NCBI GenBank assembly: GCA_037130845.1
Contig: JBAXSE010000013.1
Coordinates: 1 to 38,664 of the forward strand
DNA length: 38,664 nucleotides
Source of the DNA: Candidatus Falkowbacteria bacterium
GTDB lineage: Bacteria; Patescibacteriota; Patescibacteriia; Patescibacteriales; Patescibacteriaceae
Direction of reading: 5' to 3'
Shown: positions 1 through 8,958 of the stretch, piece after piece
Layout: the number at the start of each line of letters is the position of its first letter
Position numbering within the stretch: the first letter of the stretch is position 1
Program-made: the position numbers and the translations under genes
Notes under the pieces: generated by a model
What the model was told of the DNA's origin: nothing
Database searches by the model: none
The model's input: the letters and a program-made list of their open reading frames with translations, nothing else

Positions 1-40
1 TTACCCCTTGATGCCTAAGCCCGCGTAGCGGGCAAGATAG

Positions 41-76
41 AAACCGCCGGCTTTGACGGCGGTTTTCATTTTTTAC
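41..76. terminator. GC-rich hairpin (ACCGCCG-gctttga-CGGCGGT) followed by T-run; probably terminates an upstream gene outside the window
   Basis: inverted repeat at 43-63 followed by TTTTCATTTTTT. Confidence 0.45.
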
Positions 77-164
77 CTGGCTTGACATTGTTATTAAAAT
101 GTGTTAAAAAAGCCATAATTATTTGAAAATTAATCAGTATTTATGCATATATGTGGAGGTTTTG

Positions 165-1553
165 ATGTTATTGCAACAGGAATATAAGCGTCTTTGCCAG
201 GTCATGACTATGACGGCGGAGCATTTTGGAGTGGACATCGTCCTACCGTCAGTCATCCCTGATGAGTGGCAGACGGAATTTGATAAGAAAAGCAAGGTGG
301 TGTTGAGCCTTGGTTCGCATCATCTGGTTATCATGAGATATCTCAATACCTTGAAGATTGAATTGGTCAGCAATGCTGCTCATAATCTTAAGGATGAATG
401 GGCGCTCAAGGTCCATGACATCGATTTTGTGACTTGGGTCTATGGCAGCTATTTTTCTGCCGATAAGGTGTTTGATTTGACCAAGACGATCGGGACGCAT
501 TATCACCCCGAGATATTTCCTGATAAACCTTGGGAATGGAAAGAGAAAGCACCAACAGAAACAAAGGCGGAAACGATCGGACAATTCCTGCATCTCGAGC
601 CGGAGGTCCCGGTGGTTCCGGATATGGTAGTTGAACCTAATTTCGGCCAGCAGCCGGTAGTTGTGGAGAAAAGGCGGAATTGTCCTCATTGCAATCATCG
701 CTTGACTGCCGAAGAAGTGGCGGATGAATGTTGCAGCAAATGCGAGGAGTATTTCTATGTTTGTCCGCGTTGTTCAGTTCTGCTAAAAGAAGACCCCGAC
801 GACCTGGAAGAGTGCCCCAAATGCCATAAGACCTATCTGCATATCGATTGCCCTAGCAATAATTGCCAAGCCGAAGTCTGGATAGATGCCAAGCACTGTC
901 CTGAGTGCAAGAAGACGTTTGAACGACAGCCTTGCCCGAGCTGTGAAAAGCCGATTATCTTTTCGGAATCACAGGAGGAGTGTCCGCATTGCGGAAATAC
1001 GCTCTATATCTGCCCGCGCTGCCATTGTTATATTGATGAAGATCCTGACGATGTTGAGGAGTGCCCCAAGTGCCATAAGACGCTAAGGATAACCGATTGT
1101 CCTGGTAATCATTGTCGTGCGGATGTTTATGCCGATGCCACGGAATGTCCGGAGTGCCATATGCCCTTTGACCTCAAGCCTTGTCCGAGCTGCGAAAAGC
1201 CGATTATCTTTTCGGAAAATCTGGATGAGTGCCCATATTGCGATACTACGCTCTATATCTGCCCATTCTGCCATGAGTATATAGATGAAGATCCTGACGA
1301 TGCCGATGAATGTCCTAAATGTAAGGCTAGTCTGCGGCAGATGGATTGTCCAAATTGCGGTGACACTATCTTTGCGGATTATAAGTCTTGCCCGGCCTGC
1401 CATACTGAATTCGATTTTATTAAGTGTCCTGTCCTGGGCTGTGAAGAGATGATTATCTTGCACCAAGATGTAGAATCTTGTCCGCATTGTGATTTTGATA
1501 TCACATATACCAAATGCCCGCATTGCGACAAAGCGTATTATGTCGTGGTTTAA
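165..1553 (+). CDS. multi-zinc-ribbon repeat protein (about 15 CPxC/CxxC pairs; unique N-terminal domain then 3 tandem about 83-aa modules)
   Basis: ORF 123..1553 begins with TTG. A better start is ATG at 165, preceded by GGAGG at 155-159. Translation shows repeated ECPKCHKT...CPxC...EDPDD modules. Confidence 0.7.
   Translation: MLLQQEYKRLCQVMTMTAEHFGVDIVLPSVIPDEWQTEFDKKSKVVLSLGSHHLVIMRYLNTLKIELVSNAAHNLKDEWALKVHDIDFVTWVYGSYFSADKVFDLTKTIGTHYHPEIFPDKPWEWKEKAPTETKAETIGQFLHLEPEVPVVPDMVVEPNFGQQPVVVEKRRNCPHCNHRLTAEEVADECCSKCEEYFYVCPRCSVLLKEDPDDLEECPKCHKTYLHIDCPSNNCQAEVWIDAKHCPECKKTFERQPCPSCEKPIIFSESQEECPHCGNTLYICPRCHCYIDEDPDDVEECPKCHKTLRITDCPGNHCRADVYADATECPECHMPFDLKPCPSCEKPIIFSENLDECPYCDTTLYICPFCHEYIDEDPDDADECPKCKASLRQMDCPNCGDTIFADYKSCPACHTEFDFIKCPVLGCEEMIILHQDVESCPHCDFDITYTKCPHCDKAYYVVV
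789..1540 (+). repeat. intragenic tandem repeat, period 249 nt x3 (GAAGA(C/T)CC(C/T)GACGA... at 789, 1038, 1287)
   Basis: direct comparison of DNA at 789-1037, 1038-1286, 1287-1540 shows roughly 70-80% identity; protein modules are in frame. Confidence 0.8.
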
Positions 1554-1762
1554 TATATATCATTCTTTTGGGATTCATATTTACCATAATTAGAAACCAT
1601 TACCATTGAGCCAATAAATAGATATTTGATGAAAATCATCATTTCGAAGCCTTGATACTAACAATATTGAGGCTTTTTATATTATTAGTGTGGGCTTGTA
1701 ATATTTTGATATTTGTGTTTTAATTGACCCACTGTACAAAAAACTAACAAAAAGGAGGCCGT

Positions 1763-2191
1763 ATGTTTGGTCGGATAGAGCCGATTGTGGAGCGTGAATA
1801 CTTGGATGAGGTAGAGCTATTGTCTGTTTGGTTTGAGAATATCAAAGTCGTCAATAATGTATTCTCGCCGGTAGCGGTGTTCTCTTCTTGGTATGCCGCA
1901 GAAAAAGTAGGGGGTAGTCTGGATTTTAAGCAGGCAGCTCTTATTGAACGCACTGGAGAAATGCTAATGAAACATCTGGACGTGGCTTGGTTGATTCAAT
2001 TTTACGCCGCCGCTCCTCGCCATCAGTCCATACTACGTGATATTATCGTCGGTCTTATCGCCGAGTTGGTAGATCGCGAAAACAACACGGGATTGTTGGA
2101 ACACTATCTCTATTATGCGCAAAGATCAAAAGCGATAATAATCCAATCGATTATTCAATACAAAATAGGTGAATTATCGCTTGCCAAGTAA
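1763..2191 (+). CDS. hypothetical protein (142 aa)
   Basis: ORF with strong RBS AAAGGAGG 8 nt upstream of ATG; no recognisable motif. Confidence 0.55.
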   Translation: MFGRIEPIVEREYLDEVELLSVWFENIKVVNNVFSPVAVFSSWYAAEKVGGSLDFKQAALIERTGEMLMKHLDVAWLIQFYAAAPRHQSILRDIIVGLIAELVDRENNTGLLEHYLYYAQRSKAIIIQSIIQYKIGELSLAK

Positions 2192-2291
2192 AGCCCAAGG
2201 TGCAATACCGCGGGCTTTTTATGTACTTTGTTTGCCAAATACAAAAGGGCTAAAATAAAGGATATTTTAGTATATAGCCTGTGGCGAGTCT

Positions 2292-2326
2292 CTCAAACCA
2301 TTGACAGAAATGCCAAAGTATGCTAT
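2292..2326 (+). promoter_or_regulatory. sigma70-like promoter TTGACA-17-TATACT
   Basis: cattgacagaaatgccaaagtatgctatactg upstream of ORF 2381. Confidence 0.6.
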
Positions 2327-2380
2327 ACTGTAAACAATCAAAAAAGTTCATTATATTATCAATAAATTTGGAGCAGCCTA

Positions 2381-2686
2381 ATGTCAGTAAATACATACGA
2401 ATTCGCCACGGAACAGCGCTACATGTTCGGTTTTAATTACAACGGCGGAGCGCCGACAGACGTTATAGTCGAAACGCCGTCGTTGATAAATGACACACAG
2501 ATACTTTTCCATTTCTTGCATGGCCATCATTCACTGGGTGAATTTATCAACAAAAGCGATATTATCGCCGTCGGCGATGATAAGAATGGCACAGTAGGAG
2601 TCAAGGGCTGGTCCGGTAAATATGTCATTTTGAACGAGAAATTGTTTAATCAGTACAAAAAGACCGGTGCTCTGGAATTGAAATAA
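2381..2686 (+). CDS. hypothetical small protein (101 aa)
   Basis: ORF between promoter and terminator; RBS-like GGAGCAG upstream. Confidence 0.55.
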   Translation: MSVNTYEFATEQRYMFGFNYNGGAPTDVIVETPSLINDTQILFHFLHGHHSLGEFINKSDIIAVGDDKNGTVGVKGWSGKYVILNEKLFNQYKKTGALELK

Positions 2687-2692
2687 GTTTAA

Positions 2693-2732
2693 TAGCCGTG
2701 TGAATGATCACCGGCTATTTTTTGTTGTAAAA
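2693..2732 (+). terminator. rho-independent terminator
   Basis: ATAGCCGTG...CACCGGCTAT hairpin followed by TTTTTTG. Confidence 0.6.
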
Positions 2733-2764
2733 TGGCTAAGATATAGGCTATTCTTGCCGTAAGC

Positions 2765-2793
2765 TTGACAAATATGGTAATCTGTGATATAAT
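2765..2793 (+). promoter_or_regulatory. perfect consensus sigma70 promoter TTGACA-17-TATAAT
   Basis: TTGACA at 2765-2770, 17-nt spacer, TATAAT at 2788-2793. Confidence 0.65.
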
Positions 2794-2838
2794 GTAGACA
2801 ATTAAAATTAATTATTGTTAATCTATTGTGGAGTTATC

Positions 2839-3402
2839 GTGAAGTTTTTTATCGTTCTTTTCGCCCTCATATTTGCTACCGTTGCTTATTCGTTTGAAAA
2901 TCAGATCGAAATCGAAAATGCCAGTTGGCCGAAGGTTTCGTCTGTGAATAGCATCAAGCTGGATGTCCTGACTCAGATCCCTGAACAGGGCCATGACTCG
3001 GTTAATATCTACGCTCATGTCGAGATAGAACAGGAAGGGGATTCGGTTAACGGCCGCAGCTTTGTCGGTCTGATCTATAGCTCATTCATGACTATTAATC
3101 TCGGGGTCGGCCTGTGGCAGCACGAACCTTCGCCTGGCGCTAATCTGGGCATCGGGTATAAGTCCGAGCATCATGAATTGGATTTCCAAGTGGATGTGTG
3201 CACGCATCTTAAGCTGAGAGGCTTCTATAACTACAAGGCCGCCGATTGGCTCAAGCTTGGTCTCTACGGCCGCAGTGAATTGGGCATAGGTCCCAGGGCT
3301 ATTATCAGAGCAAGCGAAAGCATTAGTTTAGGTCTTGCCTACAGCTACAATCCGGAAAAAAGCCATGGCTTAGCCTTGGCGCAACTAATTATAAAGTTCT
3401 AA
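2839..3402 (+). CDS. secreted beta-rich protein with N-terminal signal peptide and C-terminal aromatic (..IIKF), OMP-like
   Basis: GTG start at 2839 after GGAG at 2830-2833 (ORF frame opens at 2815). Hydrophobic N-terminus VKFFIVLFALIFATVAYS. Alternating beta-strand-like pattern ending in Phe. Confidence 0.5.
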   Translation: MKFFIVLFALIFATVAYSFENQIEIENASWPKVSSVNSIKLDVLTQIPEQGHDSVNIYAHVEIEQEGDSVNGRSFVGLIYSSFMTINLGVGLWQHEPSPGANLGIGYKSEHHELDFQVDVCTHLKLRGFYNYKAADWLKLGLYGRSELGIGPRAIIRASESISLGLAYSYNPEKSHGLALAQLIIKF

Positions 3403-3409
3403 TCTACGA

Positions 3410-3445
3410 GCCCTCTGACGCAAGTCGGAGGGCTTTTCCGTTTGT
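3410..3445 (+). terminator. rho-independent terminator
   Basis: GCCCTCTGAC-gcaa-GTCGGAGGGC then TTTTCCGTTTG. Confidence 0.7.
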
Positions 3446-3457
3446 TGTTTGTAAATT

Positions 3458-3484
3458 AAAACCCCCTTCATCGGAAGGGGGTTC
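3458..3484 (-). terminator. terminator hairpin for the histidine kinase gene
   Basis: AAACCCCC-ttcatcggaa-GGGGGTT directly after the minus-strand stop at 3489. Confidence 0.5.
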
Positions 3485-3488
3485 GTGT

Positions 3489-6386
3489 TTAGTAATACTT
3501 TTTTAACAGGCTTTCAAGTATCCGCCAGTCGATTGGCTTTTGGATATAGTCGTTACTGCCGGCTTCCAGCGCTTTTTCTTTGTCGCCTGATAAGGCGTGC
3601 GCTGTTTGTGTTATTATTATTACCTCGTGGCTGATAGATCGGATTTGTCTTATGGCGGAATAGCCGTCGAGTTTGGGCAGTTTAATATCCATTAGAATCA
3701 AGTTAATATCTTGATTTGCTTGGAAGATTTCGACAGCCTCTTTGCCATCGAATGCAAATATTATATTTGCATTCGGAATGAACTTGTTTATCGCTTTTTC
3801 TAGCAGTTTTTTTGATGCTTTGTCGTCTTCGGCGATTAGTACTAATAATTTGGAATTTATTAAATCGGACGAAGCTGATGCTTGAAGATTTGATTTTGCT
3901 TCTTTGGTGTCTGGCTTTGGGATAAATGGGATGGTGAAATAAAAAGTTGACCCTTTGTCAATCTCGCTTTCAACCCATATTTCTCCTCCTAACATCTTTA
4001 CATATGCTTGGCATATTGATAGCCCGAGTCCCGTTCCTTGCGTTGCTCTAGAATTATCCACTTGAATAAATCGATCAAAAATGGCCGTTATCATATCTTC
4101 GGGAATGCCTATTCCGCTGTCCTTGATGAAGAATTCAAGGTATTCTGATTTATTTTCGGCGTCAATTTTTTTTGCGCATCCAAACTCAATTAGGCCTTCA
4201 TCGCAGTTCTTGATAGCATTTTTTATCAAGTTTAACAGTATGGCTCGTACTTTTTCTTTGTCGGTGATAACGAGATTATCTCCATCGGCAAGCGGCTTCT
4301 TGAATATAAATCCGATATTTTTTTCTTTTGCCTCAAGCTTTAACAAGTCATAGACAAAGCCGAATTGCTCATTAACTGAGGTGACGGTTTGGTTGACATT
4401 CATTTGTCCGGCCTCGATCTTAGACAGATCGACAACGTCGTTAATGATGTCTAGCAGGTGGTTGCCGCAGTTTTTTATTATATTCAAGTATTCTCGATCT
4501 TCTGTACATGTTATATTGTCCAGCAGCAAGTTCGAAAACCCTAGAATGCCGTTCATAGGCGTTCTTATTTCGTGGCTGATATTTGCCAGAAAGGCTGACT
4601 TGAGTCGGTCGCTTTCTTGCGCTTTGTTCATGGCCTTGACCAAGTCTTCTCTCATGTGAATTTGCTCTGTAACATCAATTAGAATGCCTTGAAGGACTGG
4701 GCTCTCATGCTCTGTGTTTAAGAGACGGCTGTATACGGTAGCCGAGATAATTGTGCCATCCTTGGTTCTAAACCGATAAGTGTTATTGCCGGTCAGCACT
4801 CCTTGGATGGAATCGCTTAGATTCTTTCGGCCCCTTTCTCTGTCTTCTTCGACTATCAGATTGAAGATATTCATGCCTTGGCCGATTTCTTTTTCGGTGT
4901 AGCCGAAGACTTCAAACGATTGCTTGTTGAGCAGCGTAGCATTGCCCAGACTGTCAATCTGGAAGACTACTTCCGGCATCATTTCCAGGATGTTGCTCAT
5001 TTTTTGCTGGCTGTCTTCAAGCGCTTTTTCGATTTGTTTGCGTTGCAACGACCCTCCGATCGCGATGCTGATGCCTTCCATAAAATTAATAAACTCAAGA
5101 GTGAACTGGTTTTTTCGCAAGTCGTTTAGCTGCAATAGTCCGATTATTTCTTTGTTTATTTTGAGCGGTATCAGGGCAACCGATAAATATCCTTCGTGGA
5201 TACAACGATTGCGCGGGTTGTGCCTAGGGTCTTGTTCCGGAGAGAGGCTGAGTAAATCTAGCAAATTATTGATCCATGCGCTGCCATAATTGGTAAATAG
5301 TTGGTTATTGCTGTCTGTTTTGCCAGAAACAACTAATCCGCAAGTGCATTCGAGGCTAATTTCTCCTTGTTCGTTGTGGCAAAAAGCTTGATTTTTGCTG
5401 ATGAGCGATCTTTCTGCTATGAGAAATTTATTGTCAAAGCCTTTGCTGGCGTAATAAGGGAAGTCGTGTTCTTGTTTAAGTCTTATGCCGACAGCGCTTA
5501 TGTTTAATCTCCTTTTGATAATGCTTATAATCTTGTCGATAGTTTCTTCTAGTGAATATGTTTCATTAAGGATTTTGAGTATCTCGATAAACATTTCTTG
5601 ATTGCTTTCGTGCTTTTTCCTTTTTGTAACATCTTTGCTGATACCGCGGTAGCCTAATAATTCGCCATTTTTGTCCTGTATGGGATAGCCATTAGTCAAG
5701 AAACAGACGGGCTGTCCATTCTTATGAAGATTCCAATTCTCTAAATCAACTATGGCTTTTTTTTCTGCTGCGATGTTGTTTAGCACTTCTTTGATGCGAG
5801 CCTGTTCATTCTCCGGCATCAGATCATAGAGCGTGATGCCAATAATCTCGTTAGGTGAATACCCTAATGTATCTTCTATTTGTTTTGAACAGTAAGTGTA
5901 TTCCGAGTTTGAGTTTATCTCCCAGGCTATATTGGATGAACTAAGGACGATGTCCTTAAACCGTTGCTTGCTTTCTTGCAGCTCAAGCTGCCTCCTTATT
6001 TCCGATGTCATATCCCGAGATACAATTTGAACAAATTCGATTGCATTGCCGTTATAAATCGGTGACATAGTTGAACTGACCCACGCAATTGTGGTGTCTC
6101 CTGAGTTGATTGGCCTGTAGTTGGCTTTTGTAACAATGCCTTCTAGGCATTTGTTGAAGATTTCTCGCATATGGCCGGCAGTATCTACTTGGAAAAACGG
6201 CAACTCATAAAAGAGCTTGCCAATCAAGCTATTTTCGCCGTTTTCTTGCGTAATGGCTATTGCTTTTGAATTACAGGTAATAATTATCTCATTTCTATCG
6301 ATAATAAATATGGCGTCAGAGCTATTGAGAAAGTAATTTTGATACAGTTTGCTTAGCTCGGCTTCTCCCGGTGAGTCGTTTTTCAT
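3489..6386 (-). CDS. cytoplasmic multi-PAS hybrid sensor histidine kinase / response regulator (965 aa)
   Basis: H-box SHEIRTPMNGILG; HATPase motifs (DSGIGIP, GTGLGL); C-terminal receiver domain (LVLIAEDD...MDIKLPKLDG...); no TM segments; several PAS-like blocks. Confidence 0.85.
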   Translation of the reverse strand: MKNDSPGEAELSKLYQNYFLNSSDAIFIIDRNEIIITCNSKAIAITQENGENSLIGKLFYELPFFQVDTAGHMREIFNKCLEGIVTKANYRPINSGDTTIAWVSSTMSPIYNGNAIEFVQIVSRDMTSEIRRQLELQESKQRFKDIVLSSSNIAWEINSNSEYTYCSKQIEDTLGYSPNEIIGITLYDLMPENEQARIKEVLNNIAAEKKAIVDLENWNLHKNGQPVCFLTNGYPIQDKNGELLGYRGISKDVTKRKKHESNQEMFIEILKILNETYSLEETIDKIISIIKRRLNISAVGIRLKQEHDFPYYASKGFDNKFLIAERSLISKNQAFCHNEQGEISLECTCGLVVSGKTDSNNQLFTNYGSAWINNLLDLLSLSPEQDPRHNPRNRCIHEGYLSVALIPLKINKEIIGLLQLNDLRKNQFTLEFINFMEGISIAIGGSLQRKQIEKALEDSQQKMSNILEMMPEVVFQIDSLGNATLLNKQSFEVFGYTEKEIGQGMNIFNLIVEEDRERGRKNLSDSIQGVLTGNNTYRFRTKDGTIISATVYSRLLNTEHESPVLQGILIDVTEQIHMREDLVKAMNKAQESDRLKSAFLANISHEIRTPMNGILGFSNLLLDNITCTEDREYLNIIKNCGNHLLDIINDVVDLSKIEAGQMNVNQTVTSVNEQFGFVYDLLKLEAKEKNIGFIFKKPLADGDNLVITDKEKVRAILLNLIKNAIKNCDEGLIEFGCAKKIDAENKSEYLEFFIKDSGIGIPEDMITAIFDRFIQVDNSRATQGTGLGLSICQAYVKMLGGEIWVESEIDKGSTFYFTIPFIPKPDTKEAKSNLQASASSDLINSKLLVLIAEDDKASKKLLEKAINKFIPNANIIFAFDGKEAVEIFQANQDINLILMDIKLPKLDGYSAIRQIRSISHEVIIITQTAHALSGDKEKALEAGSNDYIQKPIDWRILESLLKKYY

Positions 6387-6647
6387 GGTTATACCTTCTG
6401 GTAAATATATTTAAATTGTTAATGAACTTTCTAAAGGTAATTATTTAAGCATTATTGTGGCTGTTTGTCAATTTTCGTCAGTATACGGCTTATAATGCTA
6501 TGTAAACATTTTGCGCGTATTTTCGTAAATCGGGAGAAGCTTGGGATTTACATGTTGAGCAAATTAATTGCGTTATTTTTAATTGCAAAATTGCATTATT
6601 TGTTGATTCGTTAGATACTGATGTTAGGATAATTAATAAAAATTTAT

Positions 6648-7784
6648 ATGGCAGACGTCTATCAAGAGTCTTTGGCCTTGCACCAGGCTCATCGCGGCAA
6701 ATTTGAAATCAAAAGCAAAGTGCCATTAGCCGATAAGCATGACTTGTCTTTGGCCTATACGCCCGGCGTGGCTGAAGTCTGCCGGGTGATTGCAGCGGAC
6801 AAATCCAGGGTGATGGACCTGACACTCAAGGGGAATACAGTGGCCGTAGTGTCCGATGGCAGCGCGATTTTGGGCTTGGGCAACCTGGGCCCGGAGGCGG
6901 CCATCCCGGTAATGGAAGGCAAGTGCCTATTGTTCAAGGAGTTTGCCGGGGTTGACGCCTTCCCCATCTGTCTGGCCACGCAAGACACAGAAGAGATTAT
7001 TAAAGCGGTCAAGCTGATTGCCCCAGTCTTCGGCGGCATCAATCTGGAAGATATTTCCGCTCCGCGCTGTTTCGAAATCGAAGAACGGCTTAAGGCCGAA
7101 TTGGATATTCCGGTGATGCACGACGATCAGCATGGTACAGCCACGGTGGTTCTGGCCGCGCTGATCAACGCTCTCAAATTGAGCGGACTAGACAAGGACA
7201 CGGCGCGCTTGGTTGTCAATGGCGCTGGCGCGGCCGGCACAGCGGTGTCGGATCTGCTGATTAAATATGGTTTTAAGAATATTATCATCTGTGATAGCAC
7301 GGGCGCAATCTATGCGGGCCGTCCTGACTTGAGCGAAGTCAAAAAGAAGTTGGCCAGCCAGACTAATCCTGAACAAATCAAAGGCTCTCTGGCCGAGGCG
7401 ATCGTAGGCGCTGATATCTTTATCGGAGTTAGCGCGCCTGGCGTACTGACGGCGGAGATGGTCAAGACGATGGGCGCCAAGCCGATTATCTTTGGTTTGG
7501 CTAATCCTGTGCCCGAGATTATGCCCGAGCTGGCCTTGGCGGCGGGCGCCTTTATCGTGGCTAGCGGCCGCAGCGATTATCCCAATCAGATTAATAATGT
7601 CCTGGCATTCCCTGGCATCTTCCGCGGGGCCTTGGACAATGAGGTCAAGCAGATTACCGACGAGATGCTGATTCGCGCGGCCGAAAATCTGGCCGGCCTG
7701 GTAGCCGACCCGAGACCGGACGAAGTCTTGCCTAATGCATTTAATAAGGATGTGGCAAAAGTTGTGGCAGCAGCTATTTTTTAA
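6648..7784 (+). CDS. maeB: NAD(P)-dependent malic enzyme, short form (378 aa)
   Basis: malic-enzyme motifs LAYTPGVA, VSDGSAILGLGNLGPEAAIPVMEGK, VVNGAGAAG Rossmann. Confidence 0.8.
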   Translation: MADVYQESLALHQAHRGKFEIKSKVPLADKHDLSLAYTPGVAEVCRVIAADKSRVMDLTLKGNTVAVVSDGSAILGLGNLGPEAAIPVMEGKCLLFKEFAGVDAFPICLATQDTEEIIKAVKLIAPVFGGINLEDISAPRCFEIEERLKAELDIPVMHDDQHGTATVVLAALINALKLSGLDKDTARLVVNGAGAAGTAVSDLLIKYGFKNIIICDSTGAIYAGRPDLSEVKKKLASQTNPEQIKGSLAEAIVGADIFIGVSAPGVLTAEMVKTMGAKPIIFGLANPVPEIMPELALAAGAFIVASGRSDYPNQINNVLAFPGIFRGALDNEVKQITDEMLIRAAENLAGLVADPRPDEVLPNAFNKDVAKVVAAAIF

Positions 7785-7811
7785 CTGCGCCTATATTTTT
7801 GTTTTCCGGCA

Positions 7812-7820
7812 TGTTATAAT
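7812..7820 (+). promoter_or_regulatory. extended -10 promoter element TGtTATAAT
   Basis: TG at 7812-7813, TATAAT at 7815-7820, upstream of the pilin gene. Confidence 0.4.
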
Positions 7821-7870
7821 ATTTGCACAAGAGGCGTCGGTTAAGCGCTTGTGTTATTGTAAAGATTTAT

Positions 7871-8953
7871 ATGCCTAAGTGCGGAAAAATTAAGTCCGGA
7901 TTTACTTTAATTGAGCTGTTGGTTGTTATTGTGATTATTGGAGTGTTGGCCAGCTTGACAATGCTGGCCTTGAATAACGCTCGAGCCAAGAGTAGGGATG
8001 CTAAGCGGGTTAATGATATTCGGCAGATTAGCACTGCTGTTGAATTGTATTATGCTGAATACGGTATTTATCCTAGTTCTATTGCTAATGCTATTATTAG
8101 CGCTGATGGCACTAAAACATATATGGCCAAGACGCCGACTAATCCCAGTCCGATGAACGATGGCAGTTGCGGCGCTGACAATTACACTTATGCTACCACC
8201 TCGGATGCTACCGATTATTCATTGAACTTTTGTTTGGCTTATGGCGCAGGCGCTTTGTCGCCCGGCATTGGTTCGGTGAGCAAAGGCGGTTTTGATACCG
8301 CTCCCGGATTGATCGGCTGGTGGAAATTTTCTGACGGCAATAGTCCGGTAATTGATAGCAGCGGTAAAAGCAATAGCGGCTCGAATAATGGAGCAACTTG
8401 GGGCGCTGACAGCGGCCAATATGGCGGAGGGGCCTACACCTTCGATGGCGTTAATGATGCCATAGCTACTAATTCAAACATCTTGAATAACGCGACCGAA
8501 TTTACAATCGCTTTTTGGACCAAGCCATTGAGTTTTGGCGGTTGGAAAGGAATGATCGGCAAAGGTACGAGCGATACTAATGTTATAACGGTGCAGGCGG
8601 ATACGGGCGGGCGCATCTATGTCGACGTTGACAACGGTGTGTCAAATTCTTTTGCCAATACTGGCTTGGGTGTTTTGTCAGTCGGCCAGTGGGCGCACGT
8701 GGCGGCCGTTTATCAGGGTAGCGGCGCTACTAATGCTGATCGGGTAAAAGTCTATGTTAATGGCGCTAACTTGGCATTAACTTTTAGCGGAACGATCCCA
8801 ACGCAAACAGCTACATCCAACGCCGGCATTCTCTATATTGGTCAGCTCGGTTATGCCAGCAATTTCTATAATGGAATTATGGATGATGTGCGTATTTACA
8901 GCCGCAGTTTATTGCCCGAAGAGATAAGCGCGTTGTATAATTTTTCTAAATAA
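7871..8953 (+). CDS. type IV pilin-like protein with C-terminal LamG/concanavalin-like domain
   Basis: prepilin leader and N-terminal helix MPKCGKIKSG|FTLIELLVVIVIIGVLAS; C-terminal half matches LamG-like fold signatures (GLIGWW, FTIAFW, VYVNG, DDVRIY); ATG 7871 is downstream of the -10 at 7815-7820. Confidence 0.75.
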   Translation: MPKCGKIKSGFTLIELLVVIVIIGVLASLTMLALNNARAKSRDAKRVNDIRQISTAVELYYAEYGIYPSSIANAIISADGTKTYMAKTPTNPSPMNDGSCGADNYTYATTSDATDYSLNFCLAYGAGALSPGIGSVSKGGFDTAPGLIGWWKFSDGNSPVIDSSGKSNSGSNNGATWGADSGQYGGGAYTFDGVNDAIATNSNILNNATEFTIAFWTKPLSFGGWKGMIGKGTSDTNVITVQADTGGRIYVDVDNGVSNSFANTGLGVLSVGQWAHVAAVYQGSGATNADRVKVYVNGANLALTFSGTIPTQTATSNAGILYIGQLGYASNFYNGIMDDVRIYSRSLLPEEISALYNFSK

Positions 8954-8958
8954 AGTTT

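Noticed and set aside
123-164. TTG start at 123 for the zinc-ribbon protein
   Set aside because: ATG at 165 is preceded by a canonical GGAGG; the TTG has no RBS. A 14-aa N-terminal difference only.
6387-6647. Candidate divergent promoters in the AT-rich spacer between the histidine kinase and malic enzyme genes
   Set aside because: Several weak -35/-10-like hexamers (e.g. TTGATT-16-TAGGAT near 6603) but none convincing enough to annotate.
7823-7870. TTG start at 7823 for the pilin
   Set aside because: The extended -10 (7812-7820) would place the transcription start at or after this codon. ATG 7871 gives a proper prepilin leader.
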